Source of the DNA: Octopus vulgaris
Lineage: Eukaryota
Length of the DNA stretch: 64,000 nucleotides
Assembly: GCA_951406725.2 (NCBI GenBank)
Contig: OX597834.1
Span: forward strand, 7,130,001 to 7,194,000
Direction of reading: 5' to 3'
Positions 39,884-53,450 of this stretch are shown here, piece after piece (position 1 is the stretch's first letter; every line of letters starts with the position of its first letter). Both the position numbers and the translations under genes were made by a program. A model generated the notes under the pieces. It was not told where the DNA came from. It saw only the letters and a list, made by a program, of their open reading frames with translations, and did not search any database.

Positions 39884-40013
39884 ATATATATACACACACA
39901 TTTTATCATTAATTAAAGTCTTAGGGTGGCAAGAATATTTATTGGAAAAATTCTTAGTTACCAGTGGTCTAGTGAGAAGGAAAAAATTAGTCAATAGACT
40001 ATATATTATTCAG

Positions 40014-40347
<334 letters not shown>

Positions 40348-40607
40348 ATGTATATATATAAGTATGTATGTATTTATGTATGTATGTAGTTTCGTTTTAA
40401 CTTTTATTTTTGACAGTCAAATTTTATGTAACTGAAATGCTAATCCACAAATTTTTTCTTTAAGTGTTTCTGTAATATAAAATATGCTAAAACTTTTGGT
40501 ATGTAAGCTGAAACTAATAGAATTTAAAATTTTAAAATCCTGCATTCATGAATAAATGCTATTGCATGCATACAAAATGCGCACGTAACAATTAAAATTC
40601 TGTTACT

Positions 40608-41935
40608 GGTGCAATTCAGATGGAAGCACAGTTTTAACGCCCTGTAATTCATTTTCTGTTTTTGGTCTTCAATTCTTGTTTTTCTTTTGATTTTGTGTTC
40701 TGTTAACTCTATTTCATACAATTTTCCAAAAACCATCTAATTCTAATTTTTTATAAACCAACTCCTAAAATTCTTAATGTTTCAAATGTTTTGCAGATGC
40801 TTTACTTAATGTTTTTAAATGTGAACATTATGAACACATTGTTTGTCTATCTCATAATTTCAAATTAATTTTCGAAATGGAAATTTTGAAATTTAAGCAA
40901 GCGTTTGTGCATGCGAGCAGCCAAAAATGTTAACTGCTCGTTTCATTCGCAAATTTTTGTGTACATACTCTCTCTTTTTAAATTTTGATTTAAAAAATTA
41001 ATTTGAAATTATCAGCTTAAACCAATGACACACGCATAATGTCCACAATTAAAGATGTAGGTTTTTAGAAATGCAAAAAATCTCAAACTTGAAGGATTTT
41101 TGGAGGGATAAACTTGTATGGGACAGAGTTAGTTACTCTTTTACTCTTTTACTTGTTTCAGTCATTTGACTGCGGCCATGCTGGAGCACCACCTTTAGTC
41201 AAGCAAATCGACCATGGGACTTATTCTTTGTAAGCCCAGTACTTATTCTATCAGTCTATTTTGCCAAACCACTAGGTGACGGCTACGTAAACACACCAAC
41301 ATCGGTTGTCAAGCAATGCTAGGGGGACAAACACAAACACATAAACATAGACACACATATATATATATACATATATACGACGGGCTTCTTTCAGTTTCCG
41401 TCTACCAAATCCACTCACAAGGCTTTGAGCGGCCCGAGGCTATAGTAGAAGACCTTGCCCAAGATGCCACGCAGTGGGACTGAACCCGGAACCATGTGGC
41501 TGGATAGCAAGCTACTTACCACACAGCCACTCCTGCGCCTATGTCTATCTGTTTAAATTTTAATTTTAAAAATTAATTTGAAATTATCAGCTTAAACCAA
41601 TGACACACACATAATGTCCACATTTAAAGATGTAGGTTTTTAGGAATGCAAAAAATCTCAAACTTGAAGGATTTTTGGAGGGATAAACTTGTATGGGACA
41701 GAGTTAGTTACTCTTTTACTCTTTTACTCTTTTACTTGTTTCAGTCATTTGACTGCGGCCATGCTGGAGCACCACTTTTAGTCGAGCAAATCGACCCCAG
41801 GACTTATTCTTTGTAAGTCCAGTACTTATTCTATCGGTCTCTTTTGCCGAACTGCTAAGTGACGGGGACGTAAACACACCAGCATCGGTTGTCAATCAAT
41901 GCTAGGGGGACAAACAAAGACACACAAACATATAT

Positions 41936-41966
<31 letters not shown>

Positions 41967-42238
41967 CGTACACATATACGACAGGCTTCTTTCAGTTTCC
42001 GTCTACCAAATCCACTCACAAGGCATTGGTCGGCCTGAGGCTATAGTAGAAGACACTTGCCCAAGGTGCCACGCAGGGGGACTGAACCCAGAACCATGTG
42101 GTTGGTAAGCAAGCTACTTACCACACAGCCACTCCTGCGCCTTCTTGAACACAAAATCATAAAAAATTTTGGAAAAAGATTAAAAAAGCAAATGAATCAC
42201 AGGGTGTTAAAAGTTGTGCTTCCATCTGAACTGCACCC
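40608..42238. mobile_element. Fold-back MITE with long TIRs, a SINE A insertion and an internal tandem duplication
   Basis: GGTGCAATTCAGATGGAAGCAC... at the left and ...GTGCTTCCATCTGAACTGCACC at the right. SINE A lies at 41135-41541 and 41709-42141 (-), each preceded by the same about 160-bp flank. Confidence 0.75.
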
Positions 42239-42507
42239 TTATTTATCAATGGTTTCAGTCATTAGACAATGGCCATGCTGGAGCTCTGCCTTGAGGGCAT
42301 TCGATCGATCGCATCAACCCCAGTACTTATTTTATTGATCGAGGTTGCAGAATACAAATACAGACACAAATATAATGTAAACACATTTGGTTCATGTCTT
42401 GGATCTCTCAGACATCTGGATTTGATTGGATGTGGCTCTTACGTTAAGCAAGTTTGACCCCCTCAACCCTTCCATCACTGGTATATGCATTGTTATATAT
42501 ATATATA

Positions 42508-43109
42508 TCTATTTCTTTATTACCAACAAGGGGCTAAACACAGAGGGGACAAACAAGGACAGACATAGGTATTAAGTCGATTGCATCGACCCCAGTGCGT
42601 AACTGGTACTTAATTTATCGACCCCCGAAAGGATGAAAGGCAAAGTCGACCTCGGCGGAATTTGAACTCAGAATGTAACGCAGACGAAATACCTATTTCT
42701 TTACTACCCACAAGGGGCTAAACACAGAGGGGACAAACAAGGACAGACATAGGTATTAAGTCGATTACATCGACCCCAGTGCGTAACTGGTACTTAATTT
42801 GTCGACCCCGAAAGGATGAAAGGCAAAGTCGACCTCGGCGGAATTTGAACTCACAACGTAACGCAGACGAAATACCTATTTCTTTAATACCCACAAGGGG
42901 CTAAACACAGAGGGGACAAACAAGGACAGACATAGGTATTAAGTCGATTACATCGACCCCAGTGTGTGTAACTGGTACTTAATTTATCGACCCCGAAAGG
43001 ATGAAAGGCAAAGTCGACCTCAGCGGAATTTGAACTCACAACGTAACGCAGACGAAATACCGCTAAGCATTTTGCCCGGCATGCTAACGTTTCTGCCAGC
43101 TCGCTGCCT
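42508..43109 (-). mobile_element. SINE family B, three-unit tandem array
   Basis: About 183-bp units with the head at about 43109. Confidence 0.9.
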
Positions 43110-43488
43110 TTGTTATATATATATCAATAGAGACATCTACTTGTTACCTTCTACTTTTCTTGTTACACCTGTTTTCCGTGTCAAAGATTACAGGTATGGT
43201 ATTTGAGACATGACAGTCCAGGTTAGTAATATTCCAACATCCATTTACAAATCTAAGAAAATCGATAGAAGCACCACCACCGCCACAACCACCACCACCA
43301 CCACAACCACCACCACCACCACAACCACCACCACCACCACAACCACCAGTCAGAATATTTGGACTGGATATGGCTGGTTCAAATGTCACATGATGTGATT
43401 GTTTGTTTCCGATGACATTGCAGGGTAGATATGAAAGGTCTGACCCAGCTGGTTTGATCACGAAACATTAAAATATTTGGGCTGCATA

Positions 43489-43698
43489 TTCTCTTTACTC
43501 TTTTACTTGTTTCAGTCATTTGACTGCGGCCATGCTGGAGCACCGCCTTTAGTCGAGCAAATCGACCCCGGGACTTATTCTTTGTAACCCCAGTACTTAT
43601 TCTATCGGTCTCTTTTGCTGAACCGCTAAGTGACAGGGACGTAAACACACCAGCATCAGTTGTCAAGTGATGTTGGGGGGACAAACACAGACACACAA

Positions 43699-43757
<59 letters not shown>

Positions 43758-43918
43758 TACGACAGGCTTCTTTCAGTTTCTGTCTACCAAAACCACTCAC
43801 AAGGCATTGGTCGGCCCGGAGCTATAACAGAAGACACTTGCCCAAGATGCCACGCAGTGGGACTGAACCCGGAACCATGTGGTTGGTAAGCAAGCTACTT
43901 ACCACACAGCCACTCCTG
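43489..43918 (-). mobile_element. SINE family A, full length
   Basis: Reverse-complement homologue; further copies at 47735-48176 and 60200-60521 (-). Confidence 0.9.
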
Positions 43919-44014
43919 TTCGTTTAAATTCTAAAGGCTGAAGCAATGTTTTCATAATTGAGAGTGTGGTGATAGCATGTGCACGCATATGTATATATGT
44001 GCACGTGTATTTTT

Positions 44015-44525
44015 TTTCATTTCATCTAGTTTCAGCTCACGAGCTTTGGCCAAGCTGGGGCAACGCTATTTGGTGTTGCTACATAATTTTACTTCACGAA
44101 TGCTTTTTAGCAAATGATATTTGGTGCATGAGAGAGTTTGATGCAGCTGCCCTCATCTGCACCTCCTGCCGTGAAGTTGGTTCATCTGGGACACCTGACA
44201 GGAAGAGGTCCAGCTTTATTTTGAAGACACCTACATCCACCCCATGCAGGTCTCTTAGGTCCTTTGGGAGGATATTGAAGAGCTGTGGATCTCTGAAGCC
44301 CAGGCTATTGCAATATCTTGTCCTACATCTTGATGGCAAATTTGGAGTCCTTGGCACTATGCAATGGCACCCAGTTCTAGTATTTGTGTAACTCTCGATG
44401 CCAAAGTTTGGGACAAGTCCTTCCAGGATCTTCCAGATGTATACTATGGTATAACTTTTTCGCCTACGCTTTAAGGAATAGAGTCTTAATCTCTTGAGTC
44501 TTTCCCAATAACTTGTTTGCCTGTA
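44015..44525 (-). mobile_element. CR1/L2-group LINE 3' fragment
   Basis: SYWERLKRLRLYSLKRRR...IVYIWKILEGLVPN...LFNILPKDLR...FKIKLDLFLSGVPDEP, then a short UTR and ATGAA-repeat tail. Confidence 0.85.
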
Positions 44526-45512
44526 TTTCATGATAAGCACACAGACTATGACGAATGGTTTAGGAAATTGTTTCACAGTTATGTGAGAGAAAGTTTGATC
44601 ACACAATATATCACCCTAGGCAAGTGTTTTCTACCATAAGTGCAAGCTGACCCCAGATTTGTGGCAGAAGTTAGTTAAGCAGAAACTATGAAGAAAGCAA
44701 TCAGATGCCTGATATCTCTAGTTCAATGACCTATGATACAATGTCACACATTGAATCATACTTATGAAGCCTGAGGATACATATTAAAGATACAAACTTC
44801 TATGGAATACACAGCCATTAAACAACTCTAGAGTTTAATACGTAAGACAGTGGTTCTATTGATTGAAAAACTGGAAAATTCATAATCGAAGTGGATACAG
44901 GATCCTCGTATTTCATATTTTTATGTTAAAACGTAGCCTTTGTTTCACCAATTTGCAGCATTTTGAACAAAAGTTTACCAAAGTCAGTTCCTAATTGACG
45001 TAGAACTGGATTCCCTTGACTCCAACACACAAGGCAGCGTATCAACGATTTTATTTCAACAAGCAGATATCTGATAATGTTAAAGATGCCAAGGGAAATA
45101 TGAAAATATGAGTTTGGGTACTTTGCCTGAGCACACCGTTGTGTCGTTTACTTCCAAACTAATGGAGAAACCGGTTCTTGTGATTTAGGATTATATCAAA
45201 GCGGATAGGAAGGAGAAATGTGTTTAGGATGGGGAAACAATATTATTTGAAAGGAAAGTCATCTCAAACACAATATACTTATGTGTGCGTTTGTATGTGA
45301 TTGAAATTAGGTGTGAATGGTGAGGGCGTGTATATAAGTGTATGCCTCTTGCCTTGATGTATATATGTGTGTGTGATTATGCATGTGTTTCTGTGTGGGA
45401 TATACGTAGAATGTATCTTATTCTATCTATCTATCTATCTGTCAGTCTGTCTGTCAGTCTCTCTGCCTATCTGTCTTTCTCTCTCTCTACTCTCTCTCTT
45501 TCTTTCTCTGTT

Positions 45513-45566
<54 letters not shown>

Positions 45567-45663
45567 CATATATATACACACATACATGCACACATTTATA
45601 TCTATTAATTTCCCTTTCTATATAAATATCTACTCTCTCTCACTTCCGCTGTGTGTGTGTGTG

Positions 45664-45701
<38 letters not shown>

Positions 45702-45715
45702 CATACATACATACA

Positions 45716-45747
<32 letters not shown>

Positions 45748-45839
45748 CTGACACACACACACAGACACATATATACATATATACATACATGTATAAATGT
45801 ATATAAATATGTGTATGTGTGTGTGTATGTGTGTGTGTA

Positions 45840-45887
<48 letters not shown>

Positions 45888-46633
45888 CATGTATATATAT
45901 ATATATGTGTGTGTGTGTATATATATATATATGTATGTGTATGTATAAAATTCTTTATGCAGGATTTAACGCGTGTGTATATGAATATGATTGAATTCCT
46001 TCCCACCTCGTTCCCCACGCCAACCACCAGTACGTGCCTAGGATAAAAGACAAAGCAGATCCGTTGATGTTTCAAATCAGAACTGATGGTTATGCATTTA
46101 GCCAAGTGCCTTCCTTCCTATTTCCATCATTCTAATAATCTGTTGCTATTCAGGCATTGACGATGTTGTGGTTGTTGCTGATTAGCCTCAGATCAACACT
46201 AATTGAGTAACCTCACGTTCAAAAGGCTCTAAGCCACTGTAATCCCATCGAAAATCGTTTTTCGGGAATGAGGAGATTAAATAGAATGTGTTGCGATGTA
46301 GGTTTCAGTCGTCCGCACCTTGAGTTCAAATCATGTATAGGTCAATTTTTCCTTTCGTTCATTTGAGGGTTATTAAATAAAGCACCAAACTGATGCTGCC
46401 TTAGTGCCCTCACCCTCAGGTTGTCACAGTGCCCCCATCCTCAAGCCGCTACAGCGTTCTTGCTCATGATTATTAACAGGGCTCTTACTATTTAGCAGTT
46501 GCAGTTAGGGTGTCCCTCTAGAGCAGTGATGACCAATATATTTCCCCATGTGCCCAAGGCCCCACTAGAACATTCCAGAAAAATGTCTGCATCATTAGTG
46601 GTTGGAAAAAGCAATTTCATTTTTAATTTTTGA

Positions 46634-47030
46634 CTAGCAGTATCGCCCGGCGTTGCTCGGGTTTGTAAGGGAAATAACTATATAAGCATTTTTAGAGATG
46701 TAAAGTATAATAGCCATCTCCATATGGCTAACCTCAAAGGGAGGGGTGTTACTGTAGCTTTTTACGTTCTGAGATTTAATAATACATTTTTAGAGAGTTA
46801 CTTCCCTTATATATGCCAAAAATGCATTAAAAATGGGAAAAAATGATGGTAAATTTTTTTTTAAATCGTAGACTCATCGTAGACGTGCACTAATACCCAG
46901 AAGGGCATGATATGAATCACGACTATAAAATACCCGGTTTTGGTTAAACTGCACCGCAAAATGTGGGAGTAGTTAGGAATCTAAATCGTAGGAGACAGAC
47001 AGCACACAACCTCACTTTTATATATAAAGA
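46634..47030 (-). mobile_element. Complete non-autonomous Helitron (397 bp)
   Basis: The minus strand begins TCTTTATATATAAAAG and ends with hairpin CCCGAGCAACGCCGGG followed by CGATACTGCTAG. It is inserted between A and T with no TSD. Confidence 0.88.
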
Positions 47031-47282
47031 TTACTGATTAAGGTGGTAAGTTGGCAAAATCGTTAACACACTGGACAAAGTTCTTAGTGGCATTTTATCC
47101 ATCCTCACATTCTCGTTTCAAATGTCACTGAAGTTGACTTTGCTTTTCATCCTTCTGGGGTCGATAAAATAAATACTAGTTGAAAACTGTGGTTGATGTT
47201 GTTGACGTGTGCTCTCCTCCAGATGTGCTAGCCTTGTGCCAATATTTGAAATCAATATTTCATAATCAATATCTATGTAAAC

Positions 47283-47705
47283 CACCTCGAGGAATGTGAA
47301 GATGCAGGCTGGAAAGCGGAACATTTTCCTATCGAAGTCGGATGTAGAGGGTTTGTTGGACACAGCGTGAGACGACTGTTGTTATTGCTAGGCCTAACTC
47401 ATCGTAAAGTCAATATCACCATGACTGATATCCAATCTACAGTGGAGAAGGCTAGCCACTGGATTTGGTTAAAAAGAGACGATGAGCGATGGCTAGAAGG
47501 ATATAGAGTTTAACTTCATAACCAGCTGATCTAGCAAGCGGGGCCTCATATCAGTGAGGGGGGGGGCAGGTGCGCATTGATGCCGTCGAGAGGTAGGCCC
47601 CGAAACAGCGTGCATTCTCTCCTGATGACCCCATACACTTGCTCGCTTCCAGTATATGGAGATTTTGACTGGTTGCACTTGCATGTGCAAGTTGTTTGCA
47701 AGACA
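47283..47705 (+). mobile_element. HERO-like (restriction-like endonuclease) non-LTR retrotransposon 3' end
   Basis: Uninterrupted frame 47283-47513: EECEDAGWKAEHFPIEVGCRGFVG...LG...EKASHWIWLKRDDERW. The GW-x-PxEVGCRGF...ASxWxWLKR pattern is typical of the HERO-type REL C-terminus. A structured 3' UTR follows. Confidence 0.8.
47521..47673 (+). ncRNA. Candidate permuted hammerhead-like structured RNA in the HERO-like 3' UTR
   Basis: GUC at 47585-47587, stem I GAGAGG/TCTCTC, stem II GGGGCCT/AGGCCCC, GAAAC at 47602-47606, stem III ATGCCGT/ACAGCGT, CTGATGA at 47622-47628. Confidence 0.6.
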
Positions 47706-48172
47706 TATATATTATTATATATTTTATTCCTATATTCTTTTACTTGCTTCAGTCATTTGACTGTGGCCATGCTGGAACACTGCCTTTAGTCGAACAAGAT
47801 GATCCCAGGACTTATTCTTTGTAAACCTGGTACTTATTGTATCAGTCACTTTTGCCAAACCACTAGGTTACAGGACGTAAATGCACCAGCATCGGTCAAC
47901 AAGCAATGGTGGGAGGATAAACACAGACACACAAATACATACATATATCCATCCATCCATCCATCCATCCATCCATCCATCCATACATACATACATACAT
48001 ACATTCATATATATATGATGAGCTTCTTTCAGTTTTTGTCTGCCACATCCACTCACAAGGTTTTGGTCAGCCTGAGGCTATAGCAGAAGACACTTGACCA
48101 AGGTGCTATGCAGTGGGACTGAACCCAGGATCACATGGTTCAGAAGCATAGCTTCTTACCATACAGCCACTC

Positions 48173-48220
<48 letters not shown>

Positions 48221-48367
48221 ATGTGTGTATGTACTACTAATATAGGATGAATTTTTTACAGAAAAAATTTCATCCAAAAAAGTGGCAGCATATTAAAATA
48301 CCTTAAAAGGTTAAAATTATAAACAACTTATAAACAAGGGCAAATTTTCTTTTGCCCTTGTTTATAA

Positions 48368-48415
<48 letters not shown>

Positions 48416-49435
48416 TGCACACCATACCCATAGCAGCTATGTATCAATGTCCACCAGAAAAACCCTACCCATGGTACTGTGGTCAATATGATTCCTCTTT
48501 AGTCGTCAGTAAATTCTCATATGGGGTGCATATGCAGAGCCTACCCTTACTGTCGCATGGCCTATGTCGTGTCTAAAATTATTCCTTCTGTCACATACTC
48601 TGTTATCAACTGCTTCTTGAACTAACAATATATTTGCCTCATACTCTCCAAATACCTTCCAATTTTTATGGAAACTCATAGACCAATGATCAGAACACTC
48701 TCTAATTACATAAAATACCCTCAAGATATCTACTCGATACTCTCAACAGAATAGAATATAGATTTCAAATTTTGGCACCAGGCCAGCAAATTCTGAGCGG
48801 GGGTAAGTCTGTTAGAATGACTCCTGTGCTCAACTGGTACTTTGCCTTTCATCTCAAAAGGATGAAAGGCGAAGATAACCTTAGCAGAATTTGAACTCAG
48901 AACAGTATGCTAATGGTACTGCCATCTCACCATCTTACCAGAAGTAATTGTAGTAGTTCCAAATTTTGGCACATGGATGACAGTTTCAGGGAAGGGACAA
49001 GTCTATTAGATTGCCTCCAATGCTCAGCGTGTATTTATTTTGTTGATCGTGGCCTTTGCCAGCCTACCCTGGCACCTGTGCCGGTGGCACCTAAAAAGCA
49101 CCATCCATATGTGGCCGATGCCAGTGCCACCTTGACTGGCTTCTGTGTTGGTGGCATGTAATAACTACCAACTGATGGTGGCTATTACCAGCCTCCCCTG
49201 GCTTCCGTGCCGGTGGCACATAAAAAGCACCAACAGATCATGGCCGTTACCAGCCTCCCCTGGTGCCTGTGCCAGTGGCACATAAAAAGCACCCACTACA
49301 CTCATGGAGTGGCTGGCGTTAGGAAGGGCATCCAGCTGTAGAAACACTACCAGATCAGACTGGAGCAGGCTCCTGGTTTCCCAGACCCCAGTTGAACCGT
49401 CCAACCCGTGCTAACATGGAAAACGAACGTTAAAC

Positions 49436-49470
<35 letters not shown>

Positions 49471-50226
49471 CAGCTGAAAGGAGGAAAAGCCATGTCAAAC
49501 TTGGCAGAATTTGAAATCAGAAAATATACAAGAAAAGTTCTGCTAAGCATTTCGCCTGGCATGCTTACAATTCCACTAGCTCACTACCATTCAACAGAAC
49601 AGAATATAATGTAATCTGTCAAAGAACAAGGCTTTGGATATCAAAGAAGTTAGCTTTATCATTTAATAGAATTCAAAGATTCTTCAGGATATCTACCATA
49701 TGCCTTAATGCACCAAACTTACAGAACCAGATTCTTAGACATGAAATTTAATGAGCATCACAGAGTACCTTCTCCTGATTGCTACAAGCTTCTTCAAAAT
49801 CTCTGACTGCCCCACCCCTCAGATCAATAAAACTGAAGAATCAGGTATGCTTTTAACTTTATGGAATTTTGAGTTTTAAAGATTTAAGTCTCAAACTGTT
49901 GTTACAAATATTGAAATTCTATTAAATATGGTGAGAGTTTTTATCTTAGAATTTGTCCACTTAAGTGTATATCTCTCTCACTCTCTCCCCTCTCTCTCTC
50001 TTTCTCTTTCTCTCTCTCCCTCTTTCTCTGTCTCTGTCTGTCCATCTGCCTGTTTGTCTGTCTCCCTCTCTCTCCCTCTCTTTCTCATATATATGTATGT
50101 ATGCATGCACAATTGTTGCTTCAATCAAGTGTATAAATATATATGTACGTATATGCACACACACATACATATATATTTTTTATGTAGCTATGTATCTATC
50201 TATGTATCTATATCTCTCTGTTTATG

Positions 50227-50291
<65 letters not shown>

Positions 50292-50380
50292 GTCTGTCTA
50301 TCTATCTATCTATCTGTCTGTCTATCTGTCTGTCTATATATCTATCTATCTATATATCTATCAATCTATCTGTCTATCTC

Positions 50381-50466
<86 letters not shown>

Positions 50467-50939
50467 TACATACATATAGACAGAGAGAGAGAGAGAGGTA
50501 AGTGAAACAAATAGATTGACTGACAGATAAATAGATATAAATACACACACAAACTTTATACACATGCGCACACACACACACACACAAACACACAAACACG
50601 CAAACACCCACCCACCCACACACACATGCATCATTATCATCCTTTTATTGCATATTTACATTTTTTTAAAGTACTGGTCTGAGTTTCAGAAATTTTTATA
50701 TCGAAATTATGTGAATAATAATAATAATAATGATGCAGAGACATAGCAGAGTATGTGTGAATGTGTGTGTGTGTGAGGGGAGGGGCAGGAGGTGGAGATA
50801 TAAGTTAAGTATGAGGAGGACATTATACTGTGATAATGTACATAATATTTTAGCTTATAACAGAAAATTATTGAAGCCTATTTGCATTATAAGTGCTAAA
50901 ATATGTAGTTACCCTGAAACTATGATAGCAACGAATAAC

Positions 50940-50951
50940 GATAATATTAAA

Positions 50952-50989
<38 letters not shown>

Positions 50990-51110
50990 TAATAATAATA
51001 ATAATAATAATAGTAATGATAATAATAACAATAATAATATTAAGAATAATAATAGTAATATAATAACACTAATAATAATAATAATAATAATAATGTGGAT
51101 GATGATGATG

Positions 51111-51176
<66 letters not shown>

Positions 51177-51256
51177 GTAGTAGTAGTAATGATAATAATA
51201 ACAATAATAATAATAAAAATAATAAAATAATAATAATAATAGTAATAGTAATAATG

Positions 51257-51313
<57 letters not shown>

Positions 51314-51545
51314 TTAATAATCAGAAGAAGAACAATAAGAATAATAATGAAAGTGATGATGATGATGATGATGATGACGATGACGACATTGATGATGATG
51401 ATTATAACAATAATGATAGTGAAGATGATGATGATGATGATGGTGGTGGTGCTGACGACGACAATGAAAATGATGATGATGATGAGAGGATGATGATGAT
51501 GACGGTAATAACGATAGCGATGACGATAACGATGATGATCATGAT
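50940..51545. repeat. (AAT)n/(GAT)n trinucleotide tracts
   Basis: Directly visible. Similar tracts lie at 25040-25500, 52300-52545 and 56008-56440. Confidence 0.96.
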
Positions 51546-52504
51546 AAAAAAATAACAATCGCTACAACACTAAAACCATCAATTATAATTGTTTCCATTT
51601 TTTTTTTTTGTCTTTTTTTTCATTCTATATCCCCCACCCCACCCCACCCCTCCACTTCTGTACTTATACAATACATTGCTATTCATTTTTTTTTTGTTGT
51701 TTTTGCTTCGTTGTTTTTTTTCTTCTTTTTCTTTCGTTTGCTATAATAACTATTAACATTATTTTTCAATAATACTTTACTTTCAATATTAAAATAATAG
51801 AGATTTATGTGGATTAAAGGCCAACATCTCATAGAATGGCTGTATGCATAATCAATGAATATAGCAGAATATATTCTATTAATTCTCTATTGTGATGTCT
51901 GGCATTTTTAGCAGGTCATTTCCTGCCAATCACTTCACAGCTAGACTAAACACGGCTACGTATCACTCTCTAAACTTATTTATTCATAATCCAAGATGTA
52001 TTGTTCACAGCGCTACTAATTATTGGTGAGGGCGTTAACCTGGCCATAAGTAGTTTTCCGCAATATTATTATTATCAGTCATCGGATTGGTGGTTGTGGT
52101 GGTTGGGGAGGAAAGCGGAAAGGTGGAGACATAATCGAATCCTGAGGAGTTTGTTAAAGAAACTGCGAAAGGCCGTACAAAGCATATTTGCAAGATACTG
52201 GAAACGTTTCTGGTCTCAGACAGGTGGCTTAATTTTATATGGACATAGAAAAGCGCACACGAAGTTGTCGATGTCATTGTCCTTGTTGCCATCGTAACCA
52301 TCATCATCATCATCAACATCATCATCATCATTATCATCACAACCACCACCACCACAATCATCATCATCATCATCATATCATCATCACCACCACCATCACC
52401 ATCACCATCATTATCATCATCACCATCACCATCATCATCATCATCATCATCACCACCATCACCATTACCATCATCATCATCATCACCATCACCATCATCA
52501 CCAC

Positions 52505-52544
<40 letters not shown>

Positions 52545-53275
52545 TGCTTTCCATGCTAGTATGGTATGGATAGTCATTACTGCACTTCTAGTATTTATCT
52601 ATCTGTCTATGTATGTATGTATATACCATCATCACTATCATCATAAGCATCATCTTTTAACGTCTATTTTCCATGCTGGCATGGGTTGGACGATTTGACT
52701 GAGGGCTGGCGAACCAGATGGCTGCACCAGGCTCCAATCTTGATCTGGGAAAGTCTCTACAGCTGGATGCCCTTCCTAACGCCAACCACTCTGGGTGTGA
52801 AAGTGGACAAAATCCCCAAAGTTATATTTTTTGAGTATTTTTTCGTCTTTTCACCTTTTCTTTGTTTCAGTCTAATGACTGAGGCCACGCTGGGGCACCA
52901 CCTTCAAGTATTTTTAATTGAACGTATATCAACTCCAGAATTATTTTTCCCTTTTAGTTGTTGCAGTTATTAGACTGCAGTCATGCTGGGGCACCATCTT
53001 GAAGAATTTTTGGTCACAGAAATTTCAGCATTTTAAGATAAATATCTAAAATCTTTTATTTTCTTCTCTCAGCGCTTACAGATTAATGAGAATAAGTTGA
53101 CCTTCTGAACTTTCTTCAGCTGTTGAAGGTCTAACAGATGGTGCCGAAGGCTGGCTAGTCATTCAAACTTACTTCGTATAGTTTTGATGTTTCTTCGCAA
53201 TTCTTGAAGTAAATGCTTTCCCTTTTGTTAGAATTCAAACAATATGGACATTGAATCTTGTGTTCTGTTACTCTA

Positions 53276-53450
53276 TTGGGTTGTCCAGAAAGTGCATGCC
53301 AATTTTTAAAGGAAAGAAACAGGTCAATAAATACTTGCCATTACATTTTTAATCAACCAAATATGAAACATTTTGTTGCACAATGCATCTCCATCTTTCC
53401 TTTAACTTGAAAATACCCTCTTCCCAGAATTGAGGTGATTTCATGGCAAA
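53276..53450 (-). mobile_element. Mariner 3' end with TIR
   Basis: Minus strand FAMKSPQFWEEGIFKLKERWRCIVQQNVSYLVD*; terminus TA|TTGGGTTGTCCAGAAAGT. Confidence 0.8.

Noticed and set aside
52136-52215. CTGAGGA ... GAAA hammerhead-like words
   Set aside because: No stem I complementarity and stem II does not abut GAAA.
53040-53275. Possible minus-strand exon ending in a GTAAGT donor (KIQCPYCLNS...)
   Set aside because: There is no acceptor (it abuts a mariner TIR) and no recognisable homology.
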